The notes beneath the pieces were generated by a model. That model saw only the letters and a list, made by a program, of their open reading frames with translations. It had not been told where the DNA came from and did not search any database. A DNA stretch of 64,000 nucleotides from Tubiluchus corallicola (lineage: Eukaryota > Animalia > Priapulida). The position numbers and the translations under genes were made by a program. The number at the start of each line of letters is the position of its first letter. The first letter of the stretch is position 1. Positions 18,357 to 30,777 of the stretch are shown here, in pieces. Location of the stretch: NCBI GenBank assembly GCA_030141605.1, contig JAQGDQ010000281.1, positions 62,001 through 126,000 on the forward strand, in the 5' to 3' direction.

Positions 18357-21300
18357 TTATGATTTAAATAAAACATTGTCGCCCATGTCGCTATTATAAC
18401 CAGGTAGGTATCTTTGCCCAGGTGCATGCTCCCATAAATTCATCCATGCTCTTACATCCACTGGGTCCCGCCAGAGTTCAGGAACATCATAGGTAGGGAC
18501 ATTAAATTGACGGTCTAACCTATGCCTATGAAGAAAAGGAAATATAGCGAGTTGTTACTTCTGGAGAATAAGACTGAATATAATTATTGGGTTCTGGTAT
18601 AAAGATAAAATTCACACGCAAAGCATATAAAATATATGTATTTTATCAGTTGTTGAAGATAGAAAAGCAAATGCTATTGTAATAATTAGATGATTAGCTC
18701 TTCTGCCCATATTGGTGGAAAAAACCAAACATTAAATTTTTAATTGAAAATAAAAAATTGGAAGTCTAATGGTGTCTAACAGGTGATCAAATTATAAGAT
18801 CTGTCAGATGAAACATTATTTGAGTGTGAACACGATAGCTTACACTAATTTCCACAAGCCGTCAGTAACAATTTTTCAGTCTATGAAAAAATGTACCTTA
18901 AGTGGTGTGAATATATTTTACGTTTAAAAGCCCATTCTGATTCTCTCACGATGTTCCAGTCTTTGAATTTTTCCTTCACTTTTTCTTGTGAATCAAAATC
19001 CATGCGCTCTAGGTCTTCTACTACCTAAAGCAAGAAGCAAACTTTAAGCATTCTTTAAACATTAAAAGGGCAAAAATAAATGTTTAATCTAACCTTAAGT
19101 AAAAATAAAATGGCTCTTACATAAATTCCAACATATTATATCCATGTCAAATACTACATATAGACGGAAAATCAACCTTGCAAGATTTGCAAGATCAACT
19201 TTTTTTAAGTCGGCTTGGCTTTTACTGCATCGAAAACAGTAGTACACGTTACATTGGACAACACAAGGAAAGTGTTGGTCACAAGCTATAAAATGATTTA
19301 GAACAATAGACAATCTTATAAACAATATTTCATTTACTTTTCTGTAGAATTCTGCATTCATGGGAAAACAGTATTAAGTGACTTTATTAAGGGAAGAGGT
19401 AAGCAGCGCTGCGTATCAAGATCGATACAATAAGTTGCGTCAATAATGATGATCTTACTGTAGTGTTAATATGATAATGATAAGTCGATAAAAACAAATT
19501 TTCTGTATATATGTGATAATGGACAAGTATTGTTTCATTTTTTATTTATCTGTATCCCTAAGGTTATCAAATTTAAAATTCCTAATTATAAATAACAAAT
19601 ATCCCATAAAGTTAAATTGCACAAATATTTCAGCTTCGTAACTGCTAAAATCTAAATATATACTTTGCAATTAAAAAACTAATAATTTACCAGTTGTTAC
19701 ATTGTAACATCTTGTGCATGCAGCACCAATTAATGGTCACTAGTAACAGGTGAAATGGTTTACAAAGTTAAGGATGGACTTATTTCCCAAAAACTGCTCT
19801 ATGGTGACCACACACCTACAGCATAGCAATAAAAATGGTGGGCTGAATAAAAAAATCAAAAATGATAGCTAAGACATACCAGCTCACTTTCACCAAATTC
19901 AGACCAGTCATAGATCAAAAGCTCGCTATTTTTGGCCATCTGCTCCAGAAACTGATTTTTATAAATGTCTTCAATATCTTCTAAATACTTGCTTGTAAGT
20001 ACGGAGGAGTTAACTTCGTAGTCTATGTTTCTTTTCTTGATTCTGTCCTGTAATAGCAAAACATCGTTCAAATCTTGCAATAGCGGGTAACTTATGGCAA
20101 ACATACAAAAACAGTAGCATTCAGTCATATACACCTTAATGAATTCTGATGTTTTTAAATACCCATTTAAGTAAAATGAACAGGGGTGACCAACGTCTAG
20201 AAATCTGCTCCTTATTTTCATGATTTCTCAACTTTATTAACAAAACTCTTAGCTTAATGATGGTGCAAATTGCAAACCCACAATTAATTAAATTTTGAAA
20301 CCAAACTTGAAAGGTAGAAATGTGAAAAGTTGGGAATTTTTCAAACAGTTAACAACTAATTAGTTAGAATCATTCTAATGTGAGTGCTTTAACATTGGAA
20401 GTTCTGAATTTGGTTAGCCAGTTATAAAACATGAACTTTGGACTGACTTTATCACTGATGTCACGGTGGCTTTGTAGTCCAAAATTCAAATCCAGGCTGT
20501 TTCCCAACATTTCCAAGCTTTAAAGCTTAGTTCCAATAATTTAAATTAGTTGTGGGTTTGCACCGTCATTTTACAATGATCTTGACTTAAAGGTGATAAT
20601 AATTAATAGATAGCTTTGATTGTATTTCTAACCTCTAATTTCTGAGGTTCCAAACAATATTTGATTGTGTCCAAATAATGGATTAAAATATTATTATTTT
20701 TATAGTATAGTTATTAGTATACTATCGTATAGTCCTGCCAGTAATAATACCACAAATGCGAATATAAATTACAGCATTTAATAACTTCCATTTATCTAGT
20801 TACACAGTGTAACCAAGAATATCTTGTCTAGCTAAAAATCACATTGCTTATATCATGTTGGACTCATTTTTAATTTCTATTGTCCACAACTAGGACAGTG
20901 ACTTGCTATTTTCCAAGAAATAGAACAACAAGTCATTGACTGCCATGTTTTACACAGACATACAAGAATCACAGCACATTAATAAACAACAACACAAAAT
21001 AAATACAGGATTTCAACATTATTATACAGTAGGCACCACTTTACAAATTCACTTTGGGATTGAAGTGTTTTGACCTATTTAACTGACTGAACCTATTAAC
21101 CGATGGGTGTAGTATTACTGGTATAGAAGTATGAGTCATCAGCTTAGTATGCATTGCAAAAGTTTTTAATGAATTTTAGAAAAGAAGTAATGCCTAAATT
21201 CCTTTGCGCAGTTAAAAATTAAAAAAATATTCTAGAATTTTAATTTAGTGAGTTAGCAATAAATTAAAAAGTATGCTTTTCTGTTTATTTGCAAAAAATA

Positions 21301-24300
21301 CAAAAATTCCTTCAAAGTCGGCTGCTTCATTTTCTCGTGAAGAAGTTGGCTCACAATTTTCTCATAATTATAAAAACGTTGAAAATCTGTTGCTGTGTGA
21401 TGCATGTACTCTAGCAAAACATTTAGTGCTTGGCGTGCTTGAGCTGCTGTTGGGTGTGCCTTTGTTTCCTCTTAAGTGGTTTCATCGTCTCCTGTAAGTT
21501 TGTTGTGGCTCCCACTTGCTATGCTGGTTACTGTACCTGTATCATTGACTGCTAACGGATTAAGTGTGAAAGCGTAATTTCCAACGAGAGCTTCAAAAGG
21601 AAACCGCTAGACAAGTGATTAAATGTTTAGTTTCCAGAAAGTCTTTGGTAGCGAGGCTAATTACAGTGGACGAGCACGTAACAGATTCAAGACAAAACAG
21701 CTACACTAGCACATTAGCACATGATTGTTTTTACATATATTATACAGCACAAAAGCGAACTAAGATGACAAAAATGTAGTAAAAACTTTTTGGTCACACA
21801 AAAGTGTTTTATTTAAGCACGCGGAATAAAAATATTGAGTCAATTGCCGACAGTTTTTATACACATTTGATTAGGAGCAGCCCGTACCAGGCGTTTTTGA
21901 GTCATTTAAGCCATTGAGTCTAAAAAACTGTGAGTCTAATAAATGGTGCCTGTTGTAGCATAGTTATAACAGCCAAACGACGTAAACACATATAAAAAAT
22001 ATAAATCATTTACAAATATATTTCGCCACTAAAACATGTTGCAGAAAAATATGATTAAAATATTCCTCAGCATAGCACGACTGATTATTTATAGATTATA
22101 TACTGATGTACTAACGCAAAGTTGTAAACAGCATGCGAAAAATACAACATCGGATGTGTATGTCAGTATTTCAGTACATAGCCTTGCGTAGCCGATTCAC
22201 AATTGTTACTGATCATAAAAATATGTGCATTCGCTTTTAACTACTAATGACGACCTATCATAGAAACTACCACCAAGACCTGGTGAGCTACTAAAGAGGT
22301 TTATTAGTGACAATAAACTAAAATAAAAATCTGACCATGTTGCCCAATTTCTATTGCAGTTACTGCTGACACTCATTAAGGTATCACAGACTCACAGTCA
22401 GGTAGTTAAGTCTATTTAGTATTCATGAGAATGAAAAAAAAACATTGTGTGTTAATGCAAAAATGGATATGCAACTTTAGATGTCAATTATTTTTCAATT
22501 GTCGGTAGCAATAACAAGTTTTCCTAGGATGTCTGACTATTTATAACAATCTACAAGTGAATAAAGAATTTGTCTTTCATGGACTGAAACTTGTTTTAAC
22601 TTGTGAAACCTATTTATCCCATGCATACACTTCATTTTAAACTGAAAGTACATTTTACATACCAGACACATTGGCACCGGAACATCCAGGTATATTATAA
22701 GATGAGGCTTCATTAATTCGTACATTGTACATTGAACAACATCATTGTAATACTAGAGAAAGCAACAAGTAAACATCAGTATAATGTTTTTATAAAAATT
22801 TCACGACACAAGAAATGCACGTAAAGCTTTTGCAAATAAATGACTACAAATATAATGTATATGTTATATTGTTATGACTATATACCGTTTTATATCTTGG
22901 GGTGAGATATTTTGCTCTAAACATTGCTTCCATAAAAACAAAATCGCTCCACACTGATCTGAAAGCAAAACCAGAAAAAGTGAGCAACAGTTTTCTTTCA
23001 TGTAAATGCAATTTAATTAAGCTCAGAATTGATAATAAAGCATCAGACCAGGGACTTAACTAACGTTCTTTGTAGGTAATGTTAAGCTCTTGGCGCACAT
23101 CGTTTGCACCAGAGCAATTGTATATCGTGAGTAACTTAACAGCAACACACAATATGCCCACATTTGACAGGTTGTGCATTCTACTCTTAAGAAACACCAA
23201 CGAGCCTAGATAAATCAAAATGTTGCACAATATATAAAAATAACTGACGAAATTAATCTAACTACGTTGTATCTTTAAAATACAGTAAACAACGAAATGG
23301 CTAGCACTTTGTGTATTACATAGTTGTGTAATTGATAAAAGTAGATAAACTGCATCCCCACTAACTTAATAAAGTTATATTCAAACACATGATCCCTTCA
23401 GCACAGAAGTGAAGCAGTTAAACCACAACAGAGGACATTGTTATGTTTGACCTTTTTACATCTCTTGTGGCATAAATGTACCAATTCTCTGCTAAAGGCA
23501 ATTTGAATATAAGGTAATTTGATTGTTTCTTGTACAAGTTTGATACACACTATTTGTTACAAAAAACAGATTTCACTAGTTAGTGTCCACTAGCTTGAGA
23601 TAAAATTTTAGTGTAATGGGCATTTAGTAGTTACTCGCTGAAATTTTCTGCAGAAGACTAATTTTAGGGATTTTTTTACCCTATGTATATTTTAAATCAA
23701 TGCTGAAATTTCATTATTGTGAATTTGGCAATGTTAATGCAGAAAAATATAACCAAAGTTACCAGACAAAATACCATTCATTTTTTGGTCAATATTTTAA
23801 ATATGTTCGAAGTTTTAATTTCACTCTCAGAATGTTAAATTCGGGCTTCAAGCAAAAACAACTTGAAAAGTAAAAAAAATAACCATCAAGTTGAAATCAG
23901 TTAAAGTCAGACGCTTTGATACTTTTACACATGTATGCTGCTTTTATTATTAATACGTAACTGCTATTTTTATGGCCTTTTTGTATTCTCGCTTTTGACC
24001 GCTAATGCATTTTTGCTCAGAATCAGTGCTAAATTATGAAAGTATGAGCCTTATCTGGAGAACTGACATTGGGTTGCTTTTAGGTACATCATGTACAATC
24101 CTAACGATGTAAAACATGTAACATGGACACAAGAGATACTAGACCGCTACTACATGATTACAATACGCAATTATGTTAACGCTTACCTGTCTAACACCAC
24201 GCCCTGACCAGTACTGAGTATGTGTATCAAAGCATTTGCAGCCTGATGATATCTGAGGCCATACATCCGAGTTTGAAACACACCTGTTCCTAAAGCCGTG

Positions 24301-25054
24301 GGGTTTTTATAAAAATCAGGCAAACAGAAGCTTTTCATTGATTCAGGCATATCTTCATGATTGTCCAGCTCTCGTAGATCGTAGCCATATGAGTTTATAT
24401 AAAACGAGTCCATTGTAGCTTCAGGTATAAAATGGAAGCCTAAATCCTTCGCAAGGTTTTCGGCAAGCGTGCTTTTTCCTGCGCAAATGTTGCCCTCGAC
24501 GAGGATTAGCTTACTATTTTCGTCTAATCGTGGTGTGGTGTGGTCAAACAATGAATGCCAGTGGGTGTACTTCTTCTCTTTGTAAGGATACGGCTTTGGT
24601 TTGTTGGGATCTGGTTCATAATATGCCTTGCCTGAGATACACATAGCCTGCAACCATAAGTAATTATTATTATGTTAATGTAGGTGGTACCATCTTTACA
24701 TGACAACTTCTAGGTACTACTCTGTTATTCTAATATTGTCAAGAAAAATTAACACCATAGGCTTATGAAAATTATAATGATTTTATCAACCAGCTTGCTA
24801 ATATTTATAATTACACCAGTTGTTATATGAGAATGCCACCTGTCAAGTTTAGTGTCAGCCTCACAAATGCAATGTAGCTACGATAATATGATAAGTGCAA
24901 TTATATTAAATAAATTAATAAGACTAATTGACTGTTCAACTATCAACAGTAGGCTAATCATTACCTGTATTTTATTAATACGTGTAGCCAGCTGACTGCA
25001 AGTAGCAACTCCATGGAGTCTTTGGAATACAAGTCTTCCCACAACTGTCACCAT
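18357..25054 (-). CDS. NDUFA10: NADH:ubiquinone oxidoreductase subunit A10 (42 kDa, deoxynucleoside-kinase fold), 7 coding exons, ~392 aa
   Basis: Exons 25054-24965, 24647-24187, 22958-22886, 22752-22663, 20047-19880, 19024-18897, 18525-18357. Basic N-terminal transit-like peptide; motifs RLDENSKLILVEGNICAGKST, ALIHILSTGQGVVLDRSVWSDFVF, PHLIIYLDVPV, SELLIYDWS, VVEDLE, YLPGYNSDMGD. Confidence 0.95.
20257..20570. mobile_element. Palindromic MITE with ~70-bp imperfect terminal inverted repeats
   Basis: Left atgatggtgcaaa..cccacaattaattaaattttgaaac..gaaatgt..ttgggaa matches reverse complement of right ttcccaacatttc..gttccaataatttaaattagttgtgggtttgcaccgtcat. Confidence 0.7.
21027..21955 (-). mobile_element. 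Non-autonomous Tigger/pogo deletion derivative with both TIRs and TA target duplication
   Basis: TA|CAGTAGGCACC ... GGTGCCTGTTG|TA; internal segments are reverse complements of 60690-61108 and 59370-59460 and of 44963-45040. Confidence 0.85.
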
Positions 25055-25487
25055 TCTTCAAGTAGGCAATGATATACAACGTGTTTACATTAAAAGTAGA
25101 TTTTACAGTAGGCGACACCTGTTGTCTATTATTTTCCTGCAGGAAAAATGTCAAAATGTAAACAAATCATGCACTACTGTCTATTTCTATAACTAATATG
25201 CACAATTATTCAAGTTAATTAAAAACAAACATTTTACTGAGCGAATACGTAAAGGTGTTTATTGGGCTGTTAATGTCAACCTTTGTCTTGAAATTTCAAC
25301 ATCACCAAAACAGCATAAAGAGAAAGTCATCCAGATCATCATCATTATTTCATCCTGTGAAGAGCCAAAAATTACTTTTAGCAGGTAGCTATTGACTGGA
25401 ATTAAAAAAAAACAGTTGGCGAATGAGCCGGGTCACCTTGATAGGAGCAGTCAAGTGACAATAGTCCACAATTTGCTGATGACATAA

Positions 25488-26020
25488 AGATTTACAGGAG
25501 TATTAAGTCAGTACGTGATCGTATGTCAATGCAATATATTGAGGAACTTGCCAAGAAAACACAAAAAAGACTTTGGTTGATCAGAAAAGCTTATATTTTC
25601 CTACGTATTTGCATGTTTGTGACTCTGTATAAAATATATGTCCATTCTATTTTTGAAGTACAGAATCTGGCATTTGGTGTTTCAAAACAAAGACTAGTTT
25701 GACTAAAATACACTGGAATCAGCAGTGTACTTAATAATCAATGAGATACAGGATATAAATGTTATTAAACCTAGATGCAGAAACAGGAATTGATTAAAAA
25801 AATAAAATTAAAAAATTTGTCATTGACTGGCCTTCATCACTAAGCTAAGGTATGCAGCTAATGTTTCACATGTCAAATTGCAACTGGACCAGGACTGGAA
25901 AAGCGTTGTGGGGTGGCTGATTAGGTAACATCATATTTTTTGCCACCCCTTCCCATTTTCATGATCTATAGACTATACATGTAAACTAATATGTTTGTTT
26001 TTTGTTATAAATAAATAAAT
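25488..26020 (+). mobile_element. Decayed CR1-like LINE 3' fragment
   Basis: Degenerate DL(G)V..., A.K...L.LIRK, LYKIYV(R)SIFE(Y) motifs; ends in (TAAA)n tail near 26008-26020. Confidence 0.55.
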
Positions 26021-26159
26021 TTGATTTGTAACAGCTGCAACATGTTATGCTCATTTTGACACATAAGTTGCCACTTCAATACTTCTTAGAGTGCCATTGT
26101 CACATAAGCCAATTAATTTATCGGGCACAGTCATAGATTAAAAAGTATGACCCCTAGCC

Positions 26160-26853
26160 GGCGCTATTACACTTTCGCACCGCCTAGCTTTTTCTAGGTT
26201 ATTACTCGTTTTTAGGCTCGTACGTCATCATTCTATTCTTACGTCATCAGTGAATGTTTCTGCCAAGCTAATTATAATTTAATTATATATTTAGGTATAA
26301 TTACCAATAATTACGCTGTATTCACAGTTCTACACCTATACAGGGCGTATCGCCATCTTGTTTGTGTGTGTAGTCACGTGGCGAATTTCGTACTAGTTTA
26401 TGCATTATCAGGGCCTAGCTTAAAAGCACGTGACACACTTTCATCTTCACCGCATTTACGAAATAAAGAAAAAACCTTTACTTTTTTATAATCTAATAGT
26501 AATAATACTACAGTAATAAATAAAATTAATGATAAATAACTGCAGTGGTCTAAAATAATTTCCCGCGATACGATACAAACTCCCGTGGCTGCAACCCTAA
26601 TAATCATAAATTATGCGAAGAAACTAAAAATACATGTTAAGGGCCACATCGTCACTGCTATGTGGAGTTATGCACGTGGAGTTTTTTGCATGATGGTGAT
26701 GGTAAGTAATGTATGATTTTAATCTGGAATTGTAAGGTCTAAAAAGCAATAATATTATGGGAATTGCGCCTGTTGATCTGCTTTCTGGCCTGCAGGCGTG
26801 AAAACAACCAATAGGCCAGTAAAGGCTAGGCGGTGCGAAAGTGTAATAGCGCC
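26160..26853. mobile_element. Non-autonomous DNA transposon (MULE/Mutator-like MITE) with perfect 29-bp TIRs
   Basis: GGCGCTATTACACTTTCGCACCGCCTAGC (26160-26188) and its exact reverse complement (26825-26853); flanks cccctagcc / (cc)cccccagcc resemble a degenerate 9-bp TSD. Superfamily assignment is inferred. Confidence 0.85.
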
Positions 26854-27731
26854 CCCCCCCAGCCTAGGCTACAGAATGCGCCTCACAAATACTTCGAGTA
26901 GCACTGTAGTGTAGGTACTTCAAATGCTTCAACAACCTCCTCTTCATCAGTATCTCCAAAGAGCATCCCCTCTGCTCTGTAACGGATTGCTAGTAGTAGT
27001 ATATTCTGAATGTAGAACTAGATACTACAGCATTCCTTTAATTTAGCAATATTATAGCAGCGCGCATATGGTCGACATATTGAAAGCTAGGTGATGCTGG
27101 GAAGCTAAGATAATTGATTACCAAAGCTCTTAACATCTCCTTACCTATGTCGAACACAAAAGATCGTGATTGTAGCATTACATTTACGGTAACGGTTTCA
27201 TGACATTCTCTAGGCTAATTCACTAATTCCGTTGGTCAGAAACAAGAAATCTTCACAACGATAAATGGCATGCGTTGCTGCTCATCCGGTGCGACTCCTT
27301 CACGCACACTGTCTGAAAACCAAAAATCGGTTTCGGCTCGGTAGCATTTTTTGCAATTTATTATTTATTAGATACAAAATATATACATTGTACAAAAGTA
27401 TAAAGTAAGTGGACAAAATTATAAAGTCATGATCAACACGAAATCACGGTTCAATCTACGACTGTGAGCAAGAAGCTAAATCCTCAGACACTGCGTATAA
27501 GCCAACCTACATACATATAGGCTAGATTTTTGTTTCACACAACATATTTCACTATTGCATACTGTTTTTTTACTATAATTTTTATAGTGCTTCCTCTGTG
27601 TGCTTACTAATTCATCCAAATCAGTTTTGGTGAATTTGTCCAGGTTTGCTATTATTAATTACAGATGGCATTACTGTAATTTCTTAATAGTTGTGCCATT
27701 ACCCACTGCGGCTTCACTACCAATGGCCAGT

Positions 27732-27856
27732 TAGTGTTGTTCCAATAGGTCGGTTGCCGATATTCGCGAAAAATACGGGATCGGTATCAAGTTTGGCAAA
27801 AACCAATAATCGGTATCGGTTCAGATCTGTCTTTTTTCGTGATCCGAACAACACTG
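27732..27856. mobile_element. 125-bp hAT-type MITE
   Basis: TIRs TAGTGTTGTTC / GAACAACACTG, 8-bp TSD tggccagt / tagccagt, internal ATCGGT subterminal repeats. Confidence 0.8.
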
Positions 27857-29554
27857 TAGCCAGTAGTTCTGAAATCGTCGGTTTCTTGTTTATTCTTTCA
27901 AACATAAGATGATAATTATTGTTTTTACTATTGAACCAATCTCCCAATAATTACTATAATATGCAGCAGTTATCCAGTTTGCTTAATTTAACCGTTGTTA
28001 CATTCATTTGTTTTTTTGTACTGAAGATCGCTGTTTTTTGGTGCTTCATTTCTTTGCAGATTTACTTACTATTTTTGTACTACCCACTGCAAGTGCTACT
28101 GACAATATCATCAACGTAAAACCAGGGTGTCACTCTCTATATGAGGTATTAAAAAGACGTTTCCTTTTTCGTCATTCTATTATAATTTAATAAGTGTAAA
28201 AAGGGTGTCGGACGTACTTCTGCTTTCAAGCCCCCACATTGTGGATTACTAATATTTCTATTCAATATAACGTGCTTCTGTTTATGAAAATCTTTTCAAA
28301 CAGAGGTAATGCTATAAGGCAACTCTCTTGCACAAATATGAATACAAGAACTATATCTATGTGAAAAGTAAAAAATAGTATAGAAAACTTCTTGAAAACT
28401 ATAAAATTGTCCAGAAATATTTTTGCATACTACATTCTCTTTACTCCTGACTGAAAACATGTGTGCGAGTATAACATAACACGAAAAAAGTTCTGTGTAC
28501 CTGAATTATAATTAGTAAAAGGCATCACTGGCGGTATATTAAACTCAAATTTACGGTATATGTGTACATGTTGTTAAACGCGAATACTAAAAATTTTGCA
28601 TTCGTACACATTTATTCAAAAGGTCTTTTCTTACTTTTTTTCAAGTTGGTTTGCAAAATATACTAGATATTTGTTATGTGATGTTTTAATTTTGGCTGTT
28701 ATGCAAGCAGACAAAGAAACACAAGTCTACAATAATGAAATACTCAACCTACAGTATTAATTTGAGTTTTTATTGAGATAACTGTGCATAAACTAAGAAT
28801 TATAAATAGTAAAATCATAAGTTTTGTGCATTTAAAAAACTCATAATAGTTATCTGACACAATAAAAACAAAATGTATACTATACTATGCATGAAGATAG
28901 CACGACTGTGCTGTGATACAGGAATGAATTATTACACCTAAAACAGAAGTTACAACTAGAAAACATTATTGATAATTAAACGTAATAAACTGTCCGTAAA
29001 ATAATACATAAGTTACTGTCTTATGAATACAAACTATATGAACATTAATTGTGAATTACTCTCGAGTATCGGCTGTAGCAGAAACAAAACACAAATTTTA
29101 GTTAAATACTTCTGAAAATTATTTTTCTAACTATGATAAACATTATGTTCAGCACATTCTGTTAGACCAGCAAACGGTCAAAACAATGCCACCTATATAT
29201 TGTATTCAATAGAAACAATTCCACCGGTGTGCAAAGAAAACATGACAAAATAATTTAGTGACAAAAAGCTATTCGATATACAGCATGTGTTCAGTCAAGA
29301 ATCTACCATGATGGAGAAGCCCAGTAAAAATAGAGTCACGATTACTTATAAATCAAAGTCAAATGGATCAAGCCATTATCCACACATGTACAGACAATTT
29401 ACATTAATTTTTACAAAATTTCAAAATACACAATGTACCTTATCTACAATAATCAGTCTATATACAAAAAATCTATATGCAAAAATCAAGACAAATACAG
29501 ATTATCGTACCTGTATAGCAATTCCGTATTTATTATCTGCAGCGGTATCAATAT

Positions 29555-29622
29555 GGTTTGGTATGCTGTGGTTGGTGTGGTGGGGTGTTATGGTGTAGTG
29601 TGGTTTTGATTGTTATTGTGGG
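29555..29622. repeat. TGG/GT-rich low-complexity tract downstream of SNX17 stop
   Basis: ggtttggtatgctgtggttggtgtggtggggtgttatggtgtagtgtggttttgattg seen directly. Confidence 0.7.
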
Positions 29623-30777
29623 TCTATGTGCAAATTTTTTTGCCAGTTTTGCTAGTCAATATTAATCCTAGAAGTTTTTTATTTGCATTCCTCAGGAAAG
29701 CTCTAAATTTTAGCAAAATACTTCTTCTACTCAAGACTGCAACAAAAGGTACAAGTAAATAGTTTTGTAAAAAGAAAATGTTGTTTAGTATGCATAACAT
29801 ATTATACAAAAGCCCAAATAAAAGCTTAGATATAAAAAATGTGCAAACTTGCTGAAGCCCCATGCGTAACCAAAATAAACAAAATTAATTCACAAACTGT
29901 TTCATAAAATACGAATTTCGCTCCACCTGTCAACGGAATTTGCTGTATTTGTCATGATGATTTCCAGATGTACATTTAGGTGTACATGTCTTATCACTTC
30001 CTTTAAAATAACTACTTGATATCTTTAACTATATTAAAATATGATTACTAAATGATTAAGGCATGATGTACACTAAGTGTTGAATGTTAGCTCGAATCAT
30101 TTACTACAAACTAAATTTGAAAAAAGTCACAATTGCAACAAGAAAAGTTCGGCATAGAAACGGAAGTGATATCAACATCAGATCAAGATTTACAGTTTAA
30201 ATTTACTACATAAATTATTATTATTATTATATTATTAAATCCCTAATTACGATACATTTATGTTGTAGCTAAACAAGACGTACAAGCATTATCATTTATT
30301 CATTTATAGCTGCCTTTAACATTGTTTCATTCAACAAATTCTGTGAACACCATGGACACCAGTCCCTCATTTTGAAGAGACACCTACTAAAATACATCCC
30401 ACACTTTTTACAATAATGCAACTGTTAACGATCTGCCTTTTCATTGTGCAATAGGTAGTAAACAGCAAGCCTTGTAGTACTGGTTTGAAAAAGTTTCACT
30501 GTCAAGTTTGGATATGAACTACTCCTCAAAATTAGCTTGCACTAATGCATCACACACCATTCTACATAATGGCATTTTCAAATCTTCTGTAAAATCTGCC
30601 TTAATCCTTTCATCTGACTTGTCATGCACCTGTGGGTTAGTATTCCCCACTTTCAAATACTTGCTTTAGTCCTAGGCAAAAATGTATACGAGAAGCAATC
30701 AATCAAAATATGTAATGCATATCACAACTGGCAGCCGGTTGACACGGTACGATTTTCGCGTTAAAAATCCGTTCAAA

